This document shows positions 42,448-52,376 of a stretch of DNA of 64,000 nt, in pieces. The stretch is from Acholeplasmataceae bacterium. Its GTDB lineage: Bacteria; Bacillota_I; Bacilli_A; Acholeplasmatales; Acholeplasmataceae. A model generated the notes under the pieces. That model worked only from the letters and a program-made list of their open reading frames with translations. It searched no databases and was not told where the DNA came from. Location: NCBI GenBank assembly GCA_963667565.1, contig OY763415.1, forward strand, positions 1,472,001 through 1,536,000, read 5' to 3'. The first letter of the stretch is position 1; the number at the start of each line of letters is the position of its first letter. The position numbers were made by a program, and so were the translations under genes.

Positions 42448-43404
42448 TCATTTTTTTTGATAGTTTAAATCAGAAATAATCATGTCCTTTAACGTGCGTT
42501 TAGGCTCCCAACCTAGGATGTTTTTCGCTTTGTTATTTGATGCAATTAAAAGTGCAGGATCCCCATCTCGGCGTGCAGCAAACTGATAATTTAGTGGCAT
42601 GATTTTTTCTGCAGTATTCACTACTTCTAATACACTAAAGCCTTGGTTTGATCCAAGATTCATGGTTTCAGATTGACCACCATTCTTTAAATACTCTACG
42701 CCTAAAACATGAGCTTGAGCTAAGTCTGACACATGGATATAATCTCTAATACATGTACCGTCTTTAGTTTCGTAATCTTTACCATAAATATCTAGGTGGT
42801 CTCTAATGCCTAAAGCTGCTTGATTTACGATAGGTACAAGGTGTGTTGGTTTTAAGACCTTATAGCCAATTTCAAGAGATTCATCAGCACCAGCAACATT
42901 AAAATATCTGAAAACAACATAAGATAAACCATGTGCTTGTGCGGTCCACTTAATCATTTTTTCAACTGCAAGTTTGGTTTCTCCATATGGGTTAATTGGC
43001 TCAAGTAAGTCGTTTTCTTGACAAACACCTTTAGCATCTCCATATACGGCAGCTGTTGATGAAAACACAAAATGTTTCACATTGTGTGCAACAACACTTT
43101 CCAATAATACGCGTACACCTTCAACGTTATTATAATAATATTCTAAAGGTTTTGATACACTTTCAGGCACAATGATTTTCGCTGCAAAATGCATCACTGC
43201 ATCTATGTGTTCATGCTCAAATACTTCTTCAATATCTTGTTTTTTTGTAATGTCCCCAATGTATAATTTAACGCCTTTTGGTACAAATTCTTTATGCCCT
43301 GTCGATAGATTATCTAAGACAACAACTTCATGATTTGCACGTAATAATTCATAAACTGTATGGCTCCCAATATAACCTGCGCCACCAACTACTAATACTT
43401 TCAT
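42448..43404 (-). CDS. galE: UDP-glucose 4-epimerase
   Basis: GGAGYIGSH, FSSTAAVYG, YGETK, RYFNVAGA, DGTCIRDYIHV. Confidence 0.96.
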   Translation of the reverse strand: MKVLVVGGAGYIGSHTVYELLRANHEVVVLDNLSTGHKEFVPKGVKLYIGDITKKQDIEEVFEHEHIDAVMHFAAKIIVPESVSKPLEYYYNNVEGVRVLLESVVAHNVKHFVFSSTAAVYGDAKGVCQENDLLEPINPYGETKLAVEKMIKWTAQAHGLSYVVFRYFNVAGADESLEIGYKVLKPTHLVPIVNQAALGIRDHLDIYGKDYETKDGTCIRDYIHVSDLAQAHVLGVEYLKNGGQSETMNLGSNQGFSVLEVVNTAEKIMPLNYQFAARRDGDPALLIASNNKAKNILGWEPKRTLKDMIISDLNYQKK

Positions 43405-43412
43405 ATAGCCTC

Positions 43413-44564
43413 CTATAATTTGTGAGTTCCCTCTTCTGCTCTTATGGTATAAAATGTAGGTTTTATTTGTGTTAATGTTTCATACGATATCAACACTTGT
43501 GTAATAAATTTCTTAACTTTTTCTTTGTGCACTAATGCGAGCACACATCCACCAAGCATCGCGTAAATTTGTTTTACACTAAGTGCTTCATTTTCTAATG
43601 CGATATCAACCAATTGGTTTAATTCATCAAAATGAATTTCAAATTTTTCCATCGTTGAAATTCTTGATTCATTCATCAAATTTGAAAACATTTCTATATC
43701 AAAAACATCGAGTGCTTTCGCAGCTGTTTCTGTACGTTCATGTTCTAAAACAACGTGCTTAATGCGATTAAAAACTTGTTCGTTAACGAGCTTGCTCACA
43801 CTAACCAGCTCTTTGTCTTTCAACTCACATAATGTATTGATTTGATAGAGTGGTTTAATGACATCTGTTGCTCCTTGACACTCATTAAGTCTTACTGGAT
43901 ATAGTGCTTGTAGTAAGTCATTTTTGATATGTGGATCAATTAAAATGAGTTGATATTCTTGAAACTCACATGTAACAAATTCAAAATCAAGCGATTGTGT
44001 ATGAAGTAAAATAGCCTGATTTTTTCGTGCTTGAATAATACTAAATGTTTCAATAATACTGCTATTTTGTCCAACATATGATTCTTCAGCATATAAACCT
44101 ATTTGCGCAAGTTCTGTTTTATCTAATCTTAAATCGTATAGATCGTTCATCATCAGTGCTATAAGCATTTCAAGTGATGCACTATAGGACAATCCTACAC
44201 CCATAGGTATCATACTAGTAACATATAAATCAAATCCTTGATTAAATGAAATTTGCAATTGATAAAACCCTGCAATAATTCCTTTAATATAATCACTAAA
44301 CGGCGCATCTTCATCTTTAAAAAATACTTCCATATCAAATACATAAGGTGTACTTGATTGTTTCTCACAAAAAATATGAACTTCCATATCATCTCTAAGA
44401 GCAATCATACCATAAGTTCCTAATGAACTTGCACATGTTAAAACATCCCCACCATTAAAGTCTGTGAATGAACCCATTAAATTCACTTTACCTGGTGAAA
44501 AATAAGCCAGTCCATCTTCTCTTTGGTAAATTTCTCTAAACCTTTGAACGAGTAATTTTTTCAT
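43413..44564 (-). CDS. Galactokinase-like GHMP protein with degenerate catalytic motifs
   Basis: SPGKVNLMGSFTDFNGG and PMGVGLSYSAS show the GalK fold, but several active-site residues are substituted. Confidence 0.8.
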   Translation of the reverse strand: MKKLLVQRFREIYQREDGLAYFSPGKVNLMGSFTDFNGGDVLTCASSLGTYGMIALRDDMEVHIFCEKQSSTPYVFDMEVFFKDEDAPFSDYIKGIIAGFYQLQISFNQGFDLYVTSMIPMGVGLSYSASLEMLIALMMNDLYDLRLDKTELAQIGLYAEESYVGQNSSIIETFSIIQARKNQAILLHTQSLDFEFVTCEFQEYQLILIDPHIKNDLLQALYPVRLNECQGATDVIKPLYQINTLCELKDKELVSVSKLVNEQVFNRIKHVVLEHERTETAAKALDVFDIEMFSNLMNESRISTMEKFEIHFDELNQLVDIALENEALSVKQIYAMLGGCVLALVHKEKVKKFITQVLISYETLTQIKPTFYTIRAEEGTHKL

Positions 44565-44676
44565 AAAAAGCCTCTTTTTCAGATTAGAAATAAATGATAA
44601 TAGATTTTTATATGTGTGTTTTGATTATATACTTAATTTTAGTTAATAATCAAGTCTAGATAAGTAAATAAATGTT

Positions 44677-44706
44677 AAAAAAAGCGAGCTTAAGATTGCT
44701 CGCTTT
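44677..44706 (-). terminator. Terminator after the nuclease gene
   Basis: AAAGCGAGC...GCTCGCTTT inverted repeat with a T run on the minus strand. Confidence 0.75.
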
Positions 44707-44718
44707 AAATGTTCACAT

Positions 44719-45930
44719 TTAAGCCCAAGGAAGTGCTAAATGAGGTGTCCAAACTGGATCATGGGTTGCGTTTGAATAAGATTGATAATTCCAGTCTGGT
44801 GATTTTTCTCCATCTGGATTTGTTGGGTACCCATGTAAGCCCCATCCGTTTTCTCTTGCTCTTTGTTCAGCAAATCTTAAGAAAGTTAAGTATGGTACAT
44901 TCTTATATGTTAAGGCTAAATCATATGCGTCATATGATGATCCTACATCTTCCGTTAACCCTTCTGATACAATTAAGAATTGTGATAAATAACCATTAAT
45001 CCATACGAAACCTAAATTTCTACCATTTGATTCAGTAAGTGAATATCCTGGGACTGATTGAATTCTAATTTCTTTTTGACTTGAATCAATCAATAAAAAT
45101 TGTTTATTATATTTACTTGCTACATATCCCCATGGTTCTGCACTGACATAACTACCACCATCTACTTCTGGTGTATTAATATAGAAATATCTAAGTGATC
45201 CGCCTGGATAACCATTTAATGCATTAAAATAAGCTGTATCACCATCAGCAATACCTGATAATGTCGTTAATGCTGCACCACCTGCACCAATAGTTGCATT
45301 ATCTGGATCTTTATAAGGAAGTTCTAAATATCTTTCTTCTAATCTAGGTCCATCTAATAATTGATCAAGTGTTTTAATTTCATATGTTTCATTCTTTAAA
45401 TATTCGAAAACATCTGGAACATATGTAATAAAATTAAATTCATCATAAGTTGTTGATGGCGTAAACGCACTGACTTCACCAATTCTTATTAATGTTACAT
45501 CAAGTGCAAATGAAATATCCATCCCCGTATAACCTAGAAAATCGATGATTGTATCCTTTTTAACGACAGCGATGGCATCATTACCATTAAATGGCAAAGA
45601 ACCTTCAGAATAAGCAAAATTAGACGCTGCTAGCACTTGTGCATCAGTTGCTGTTGATCCTGTAATCTCAAAATAACTGTTTGCTGCAATAGTTCCACTT
45701 AAAGCAAATGTTTTTTGTGGTTCAGTTGCTCCATTTGTAAATACTCGAATTGTATAGTCAGATAAATCTTCATCTACATCTGAATTGTTATATAACTCAA
45801 TGACATTATTTGCCTGGCTTGTAGCATCATATAATTTTGATACAACAACTGGCGAAGTTACTTCTTGCTGACATGCAGAGATAAATCCTGCAAATACAAA
45901 CACAATAAGCAATGTAAGTATTTTTTTCAT
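44719..45930 (-). CDS. Lipoprotein: lamin-tail domain plus thermonuclease (SNase) domain
   Basis: ISAC lipobox; LTD-like IELYNNS...DLSDY...FNGNDAI; SNase-like DGDT, RYFYINTPE, EPWG, GRNLGFVW, AEQRARENGWGLH. Confidence 0.82.
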   Translation of the reverse strand: MKKILTLLIVFVFAGFISACQQEVTSPVVVSKLYDATSQANNVIELYNNSDVDEDLSDYTIRVFTNGATEPQKTFALSGTIAANSYFEITGSTATDAQVLAASNFAYSEGSLPFNGNDAIAVVKKDTIIDFLGYTGMDISFALDVTLIRIGEVSAFTPSTTYDEFNFITYVPDVFEYLKNETYEIKTLDQLLDGPRLEERYLELPYKDPDNATIGAGGAALTTLSGIADGDTAYFNALNGYPGGSLRYFYINTPEVDGGSYVSAEPWGYVASKYNKQFLLIDSSQKEIRIQSVPGYSLTESNGRNLGFVWINGYLSQFLIVSEGLTEDVGSSYDAYDLALTYKNVPYLTFLRFAEQRARENGWGLHGYPTNPDGEKSPDWNYQSYSNATHDPVWTPHLALPWA

Positions 45931-45942
45931 TTATTGTTCTCC

Positions 45943-46905
45943 TTAAAGCGGTTTAGAGTCTTCGTCTCTAAATTTATTTTTTAAAGCTTCTTGTTCAGCT
46001 TCATATTGCTGCTTCTTAAGCTCTTTTTTATCTTTTAAATTTCTTCTAACATATTTATGAATAAATAAGAAATACGTGATAGGGAGCAACACAAGCAATT
46101 CATAGATTGCAAATTTGAAGTAATAACTATTATACGTCATAAGCGTTTCTAGCCAAGTTGCATCATAATAGATATTTGCATTATCTTTGAATGCTGTTAA
46201 TCCATAAACACTAAATATGTCGATATTTGTTGGTGTTACTTGATTAATGTTTCTATTGAATGTTGAAGCAAATGTATCATTAGGTACAATCGTAAGTTTA
46301 TCTGCATTGTATAATGTTACAAAATTAACTTCGTCTCCCGAGATTAGTGTATATGTGATATCAATTCTCTCAATTTCAGCAACACCTGCGGTTGTTTCAA
46401 AATAATTGGTGTTAAGTAAAATAAGTTTTGTTTGATCATCATAAGCTGTTACAAACGTCTCATTAAATGTACTTGCTGTAAAATCATTAATTGTGATAGG
46501 TCGATCAAATGTGATGTTTGCATTTAATGTATGATAGTTATTGCTGTCAACATACGCATCATCATTACTTAACTCAATATCTTTTAATAAAATAACAATG
46601 GAATTATGTGCTTCATCGCCTTTATATTCTACAAGTGTATAAATAGATACTTGCACGTGTTGTTCAGTTGCACTTATATCAAATGTTTCTTCATAAAGTG
46701 GTGTATTTAGAATATACACATCTGTACCATCGTGACTGTTTGCAATCACTGTTGCAGCTAAAAAGGGTAGTGGTTCATCTTGTATCATTTCTTGCTGATC
46801 TTTTAAATAATCAACTACAATTGCTGCTTCACTAAACATAGCAACAAGATATGATAAAAAGATTACAAATAGTAGATAGATAATAATTTTTATCCAACGG
46901 TTCAT
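45943..46905 (-). CDS. Hypothetical membrane protein with a large extracytoplasmic domain
   Basis: N- and C-terminal TM helices around about 230 polar residues; basic C-terminal tail; start codon uncertain. Confidence 0.7.
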   Translation of the reverse strand: MNRWIKIIIYLLFVIFLSYLVAMFSEAAIVVDYLKDQQEMIQDEPLPFLAATVIANSHDGTDVYILNTPLYEETFDISATEQHVQVSIYTLVEYKGDEAHNSIVILLKDIELSNDDAYVDSNNYHTLNANITFDRPITINDFTASTFNETFVTAYDDQTKLILLNTNYFETTAGVAEIERIDITYTLISGDEVNFVTLYNADKLTIVPNDTFASTFNRNINQVTPTNIDIFSVYGLTAFKDNANIYYDATWLETLMTYNSYYFKFAIYELLVLLPITYFLFIHKYVRRNLKDKKELKKQQYEAEQEALKNKFRDEDSKPL

Positions 46906-47001
46906 ATATATCATCCGATCGAAATAGTCAGTCATGATTTATAAATCATGCAGTATATTTATTATAACGCAAACCTATAGTTTTTACAAACTTTGAGAAA
47001 C

Positions 47002-47029
47002 AAAAAAGGAATGAGAAAACTCATTCCTT
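47002..47029 (-). terminator. Terminator after the 954-aa lipoprotein gene
   Basis: AAGGAATGAG-TTTT-CTCATTCCTTTTTT on the minus strand. Confidence 0.75.
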
Positions 47030-47065
47030 ATATTTGTTATTTTTATATCAACTTTTTCTACTTAA

Positions 47066-49930
47066 TTAAGAAGCAGTTGGAATGTAAGAACAAATTTGTG
47101 TAATGTCTTGACCTGTTTGAGTTGATGTCCATTGAACTGAAGGATCAAACTCTGCTGGATTGACTGTAACACCTGCTAAAACAGTGTTATTTCTAATCAA
47201 TACCATATTAGCAGTTGAGACACCATTAGTAGCTACCCAAGCTGAACCTGGATCAACACCAATGACACCAATGATATCAACATATGCCCAAGTTGTACCA
47301 CCATCAGTAGTCTTTTGTAAGAATATTGCATCATCTCCATTGAAATATGCAAATGAACTACCATCAACACCTGATGCAGGTGTAGGAATCATTACAGTTG
47401 CTTTAGCATTTGCAGTGTATGCAGCTAAAATTGTTGGGTCTGTATCTGGATTATAAACAACTGCAAATTCACCATTTTGTAATGTACCACTTAAACCTAA
47501 AATATAAGTTCCAGTTAAATCGCCAGCTTCTAATGATTTACCATTATTACCTTGTGCAATACGATAATTTGATAAATCAACTGCAGCGCCAGTACCATTA
47601 TAAATTTCTACTAATTTACTGTTTCCAGTTGAAGCTTCCATATAAAGTGTAATTAATAAATCTGCAGTAGTAGCTGAAGCTGGTTCTGGAGTTGTAACTG
47701 CGACTACAAAGTCTACTGTTAATGTTTCAGTTCCTTTTGTTAATGTTGCTGTTAAACCAATTTCATAAGTACCAGGAGTTACGTTTAATGTAACTGCACC
47801 AGTTGCTAAATCAATTAATGAATTGTCAGCATCATTAGCATCAGTATAAGCCCAAGCGATTGTAGAACCATTAGTTCCACTTGTTGGAAGTGTGATTGTA
47901 CCTTCTTGTGAGAAAGCTGTTGTGATTGAAAGTTCTTTAGAATCTAACAATACATAATTAGCATCTGTTAATGTAGGAGCAGCACCTGCAAAATATTGAG
48001 TTCCATCAGAAACTGTTAATAATGGGTTATTGCTTGCCCAACCAAGAATTGCACCTTCAAATGATACATAATCATCAACTGCAACTGCTTGTAAGAAAGT
48101 CATATTTTCTACTGAAGTACGGCTATCCCACTTAAAGTTAATTGTGTTACCATTAGTTTCATCTAATAATGTCATTGTGATATTACCATATGAATCTGTT
48201 GCATATGCAGTAACTTTTAAGTTTTCAGCAGTAACTCTAGTTGATTGATAAGGAAGTAATGTAGTTGCATCCCAAACTGCTAATGTTTGTAAATCAAACG
48301 CTGCAGGAAGATCAACTGCACCTAAATCAGTCACTGTAAATGAAGTTAATTGTTCAAAACCATTATAAGCACCAGTAACACCAATAACTTCTACACTGTG
48401 ACCAACTAATGCAGCTAAATCAGTAACACCAGCACTATTATATAGTGAAACACCACCTGTAGCATCTTGGATAGAAACTGTATTATTAGCACTATATCCT
48501 AATATAACACCTTGGACTCTAACTGTAACGCCATTATCTAAAGCAGTAGCATCAGCAATTGTGCTAAGTGGATATTCACCAATCTTAAGTGTAAATGTAA
48601 GAACGATATCATCTAAACCAGCGAATGAAACTGTAGCAGTAATACCAACAGTCACTTGTTCACCAGTTGGAACAGTAACAGCACCTGTAGCTAAATCAAC
48701 ATATGAGTTAGCTGCGTTATTAGCATCTGTAAATGCCCAAGCAATTGTTGAACCATTAGCACCAGCAGTTGGTAAATCTAATGTAACAGCTTCTGTAGTT
48801 GATTCTGGAAGTGATAATGAAGCAGCATCAATTGATTGTTTTTCAGCATCTGTTAAGTTTGCAGTAATGCCATCAGCACCACCAACATAGTAAATAGCAA
48901 ATGCGTTGTTATTTGTACGGTAAGTATAAATAACGACATCAATTGTAACTTCAATACCATCATATAATCTTAAATCGTTTAAATTATTAGTATGATAATA
49001 TACCATGAAACCTTGTGCAGGAGTATCAGCTGAGCCTACAGTAAATGCAGTAGCATCTGAACTAATAATATAAGTGTTATAGTTTGAATCATCACCAGGG
49101 ATCACATAAACTTTACCTGTGATTGAAGCATAGATTGGTTCAAATGCACCATCAGCAACACTTGGATGATTATTTTCACCAGCTGTAAGTAAAGCATCAA
49201 TATATCCACTTACATTAGTGATTGCTTCTTTAGTTGGAGCTTGGAAAGTAGCACCAGTTTGTTCAGTTGCAGTTGATTTAGTGATTTCCCATAAACCATA
49301 GTACCAATCAATAGTACCAGCAACAGTATAAACTTTACCGACTTCCATGTCAGCGCTTGCGCCACCATATACTTCAATAACGCCAGTTCCATCATATGCA
49401 AACACAGCATCATCACCAGCAGCAAATACTGATAAGTTTTCAATAGTTACATTATATGTACCATCATATTCACTATCAACAACAGCTAAGATATCAGCAA
49501 CAGTTTCAATTGAAATTTCAGCAACTGTATTTTCTTTAACTGTTAAAGTGATTGTGAAAGTGTCAGTTAACATATCATCAGATAATTCTGATTTGATTGA
49601 TAATGCAGCAGTAACTACAACAGTAGCATCTCCATCACCAAGAGCAGGTCTATTAACTGTACCTGTAACTAAACCAGCATCTGGAGTACCAAAAGCGATA
49701 ACACCAGGTTCATCTGAAGTCCATGTAGCTGTAACAGCACCATTTAATAATGATGTTGGAACAGTAATGTTATTTGTTATATTACTTGGATCACTAAATA
49801 CACCGTTAAGTGAAGTTTTCGCAGATGCAAGTGTAGCGATGGAACCATCAACTGGTTCTTCTTTATCACCGCATGAAACAAGTACTAACCCCATGACAAG
49901 AATTGATAAAATAAACAATACTTTTTTCAT
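47066..49930 (-). CDS. Large surface lipoprotein with Ig-like repeats, OB-fold-like modules and a C-terminal lamin-tail domain
   Basis: LVSC lipobox; repeated LPTxGxNGSTIAW modules; TIADA...VRVQGVI...IQDATGGV; C-terminal LLITLYMEAS...VEIYNGTG..VDLSNY...FNGDDAI. Confidence 0.78.
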   Translation of the reverse strand: MKKVLFILSILVMGLVLVSCGDKEEPVDGSIATLASAKTSLNGVFSDPSNITNNITVPTSLLNGAVTATWTSDEPGVIAFGTPDAGLVTGTVNRPALGDGDATVVVTAALSIKSELSDDMLTDTFTITLTVKENTVAEISIETVADILAVVDSEYDGTYNVTIENLSVFAAGDDAVFAYDGTGVIEVYGGASADMEVGKVYTVAGTIDWYYGLWEITKSTATEQTGATFQAPTKEAITNVSGYIDALLTAGENNHPSVADGAFEPIYASITGKVYVIPGDDSNYNTYIISSDATAFTVGSADTPAQGFMVYYHTNNLNDLRLYDGIEVTIDVVIYTYRTNNNAFAIYYVGGADGITANLTDAEKQSIDAASLSLPESTTEAVTLDLPTAGANGSTIAWAFTDANNAANSYVDLATGAVTVPTGEQVTVGITATVSFAGLDDIVLTFTLKIGEYPLSTIADATALDNGVTVRVQGVILGYSANNTVSIQDATGGVSLYNSAGVTDLAALVGHSVEVIGVTGAYNGFEQLTSFTVTDLGAVDLPAAFDLQTLAVWDATTLLPYQSTRVTAENLKVTAYATDSYGNITMTLLDETNGNTINFKWDSRTSVENMTFLQAVAVDDYVSFEGAILGWASNNPLLTVSDGTQYFAGAAPTLTDANYVLLDSKELSITTAFSQEGTITLPTSGTNGSTIAWAYTDANDADNSLIDLATGAVTLNVTPGTYEIGLTATLTKGTETLTVDFVVAVTTPEPASATTADLLITLYMEASTGNSKLVEIYNGTGAAVDLSNYRIAQGNNGKSLEAGDLTGTYILGLSGTLQNGEFAVVYNPDTDPTILAAYTANAKATVMIPTPASGVDGSSFAYFNGDDAIFLQKTTDGGTTWAYVDIIGVIGVDPGSAWVATNGVSTANMVLIRNNTVLAGVTVNPAEFDPSVQWTSTQTGQDITQICSYIPTAS

Positions 49931-49974
49931 TCATTTTCTCCTTAATAATTTTTTATATAAATTTGATTTATATA

Positions 49975-51402
49975 TTAGTTCGTAATGAAATCGTAACTAT
50001 CTTGATATTGTTCATCAATATAAGTATCGATTTCTGCTTGCGTTCCTTTGAACGCCAAAATCTTAACAAGTAATGCGCCAACTTCTGTTCTAGTCTTAGA
50101 ACTTAAGTTAAATACTGCAGATGTAAAGAAAATATCGTCATTATTTAAGAAAATTTCAATAGCTTCTTTAACAAGTTTGTTTTGAGCATCAACTTTAGTT
50201 GTTGGGTTTTCTTCGATGTTACTTAAATAGTTTGTCCATAAAGTCGTTTCGTAAGCTGAATATCTTACTGGAGCATATCCTGAAGGGATTGAGAATTCAG
50301 CAGTTTTTTCTGGTGATACCATATATTTAGCGAATAACCATGCAGCGATCATTCTTTGTTCATCACCATTGTTGAATAAGTTAATATTTGGTCCTTGTTG
50401 GATTTGTTGTCTGTTTGTAGCTTCTTTAGCAGGAAGTGGTGCAACACCAACTTGGAAAGATGTTTTAGCATCAGTATAACTTGGTACGTTATAACGAGTA
50501 CCACCAGTTGAACCAACTAGCATGTATAATTTTTCACCTGTGTTAAATGTATCTGAAGAATAGGCTTCACCATTTAATGTTCTAGTGATCATTAAACCGC
50601 GATCAAGTTTATCTTTGAAATATTTAACCATTTCTTTTGAAGTATCATTGTTAAATTGAACTTCACCTTGACCAGTTAAAGCATTGTATCCAGTGTATGG
50701 AGCGTCCCATTGTGCTGAACCAGTGATAAATAAATTATCTTCTGAGTCATAACCAAATGGAATTGCTTCTGGTTCTCTTGATTTAATATCTTCAGCGATT
50801 GCGAATACTTCATCCCAAGTTGTTGGAACTGAATATCCATGTTCTGCAAAGTAAGTTGCATTATAATAGAATGCTTCACTTGATTTAGTGAATGGTAATG
50901 AAAGGATTGTTCCTGCATTATCATAACTTTGGCCTTCTGCCCATAAACCTGGTAAGAAGTCAGCAATTTCTTCATCTGTATAACCAATATTTGGGTTACT
51001 AATAAAGTAATTTAATGCTAAAGGTGCATTTGCAGATGCATATCTTGCAATATGGTCTGGATAGCTTTCAGCGATATCGGGTGCAGTACCAGCTGGAATC
51101 GCAAGTGCGATTTTATCTGATAAAGAAGTGTAGTCTGCTGCTGCTTTTTCTTCAACAACAGTGATATTTGGATAAATTGCTTCGAATTCTGTAATCCATT
51201 GATCAACTAACAATTGACTTGATGCCCCCATACGGTGCCAAAAAGTAATTGTAGTATTTTGAGTTGTGTCTAAATTTGCATCAGCTGCTAATTCATACCA
51301 CTCAACCATTTTTGCACTAGTATCAGTTGTACGGTCTCCACCGCATGAAACTAAAAATAATGCCGTTACTACTAGTAATCCTAGGAATAATATTTTTTTC
51401 AT
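49975..51402 (-). CDS. ABC transporter substrate-binding lipoprotein (CUT1 / family 1)
   Basis: LVSC lipobox, ITFWH, LPFTKSSE, PTTWDE, QQGPNI, AAWLFAKYM, GYAPVR. Confidence 0.9.
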   Translation of the reverse strand: MKKILFLGLLVVTALFLVSCGGDRTTDTSAKMVEWYELAADANLDTTQNTTITFWHRMGASSQLLVDQWITEFEAIYPNITVVEEKAAADYTSLSDKIALAIPAGTAPDIAESYPDHIARYASANAPLALNYFISNPNIGYTDEEIADFLPGLWAEGQSYDNAGTILSLPFTKSSEAFYYNATYFAEHGYSVPTTWDEVFAIAEDIKSREPEAIPFGYDSEDNLFITGSAQWDAPYTGYNALTGQGEVQFNNDTSKEMVKYFKDKLDRGLMITRTLNGEAYSSDTFNTGEKLYMLVGSTGGTRYNVPSYTDAKTSFQVGVAPLPAKEATNRQQIQQGPNINLFNNGDEQRMIAAWLFAKYMVSPEKTAEFSIPSGYAPVRYSAYETTLWTNYLSNIEENPTTKVDAQNKLVKEAIEIFLNNDDIFFTSAVFNLSSKTRTEVGALLVKILAFKGTQAEIDTYIDEQYQDSYDFITN

Positions 51403-51431
51403 AGTCTCTCCTTTTATCTTTAATATTATTT

Positions 51432-52367
51432 TTATCCTTTAACACCACTTCTAGAAACACCACTCATGATGTATTTTCTAAAGAAAATAAAGAGTAGAAG
51501 TAGTGGGACTGTTACGATAACAGTTGCTGCCATTTGGTAGTTTGTGAGTAATCTACCTGAACCTGTTTCAGCTTGATCGACGAATGAACTTCTTAACCAA
51601 GTTGTAACGAGTTTATATTTTTCATTGGCAACGATATCTGGCCAAATATATGCATTCCATGCACCCATCAACTTAAGGATGACAATGGTAACGATACTAC
51701 TTTTAGCCATTGGAACCATCACTTTCCATAAATACTTGAAATCATGACATCCATCGACTTTTGCTGCATAATATAGTTCATTTGGAATTTGTCTAAATGT
51801 TTGTCTTAATAAATATATGTGGAATATTGAGACAAGGAAAGGAATAATCATTGCAAGGTATGAACCAATACCATCATCATTAACCCAACCAAATCTTGAT
51901 ACTGTGATGTAGTTAGAAATAACCATCATTTCACCAGGAATCATCATTGTAGCTAGTAAAATTGTGAAAATAAATTCTCTACCTTTAAAGTTTAGTCTTG
52001 CTAACGCAAAAGCAACTAAAATTGAGAAAAATGTTCCACCAATTGTTGAGAATACTGCAACAATCCCAGTGTTTAATAAATATCTAGGAAACGCGATGCT
52101 TCCTTGTGAAGATAAAGAATAAAAGAATACGTTCACGTAGTTTTGAGGTGAGAAAACTTTTGGAAATAAACTGACATTTAATGAGTTTAATACTTCATCA
52201 CTACTTTGAAACGATACATTAAGCATCCAATAGAATGGAATTAAGATGGCAACTGCCATAAATGCTAAGAATGCGTAAGTTGCGATTTTACCAAAGACAT
52301 GTGCTGTCTTTTGTCTTTTTAACTTTGTGTTTTCGCTATAATCAGCGACGATCATTGTACTTTGCAT
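51432..52367 (-). CDS. ABC transporter permease (MalG/UgpE-like)
   Basis: PFYWML, ATMMIPGE, EAA-type loop ELYYAAKVDG. Confidence 0.93.
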   Translation of the reverse strand: MQSTMIVADYSENTKLKRQKTAHVFGKIATYAFLAFMAVAILIPFYWMLNVSFQSSDEVLNSLNVSLFPKVFSPQNYVNVFFYSLSSQGSIAFPRYLLNTGIVAVFSTIGGTFFSILVAFALARLNFKGREFIFTILLATMMIPGEMMVISNYITVSRFGWVNDDGIGSYLAMIIPFLVSIFHIYLLRQTFRQIPNELYYAAKVDGCHDFKYLWKVMVPMAKSSIVTIVILKLMGAWNAYIWPDIVANEKYKLVTTWLRSSFVDQAETGSGRLLTNYQMAATVIVTVPLLLLFIFFRKYIMSGVSRSGVKG

Positions 52368-52376
52368 GGCAACCTC

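Noticed and set aside
49347..49985. 212-aa plus-strand ORF (and others at 47160 and 48561) opposite the large lipoprotein gene
   Set aside because: Antisense open frames produced by the biased codon use of the Thr/Ala/Val-rich gene.
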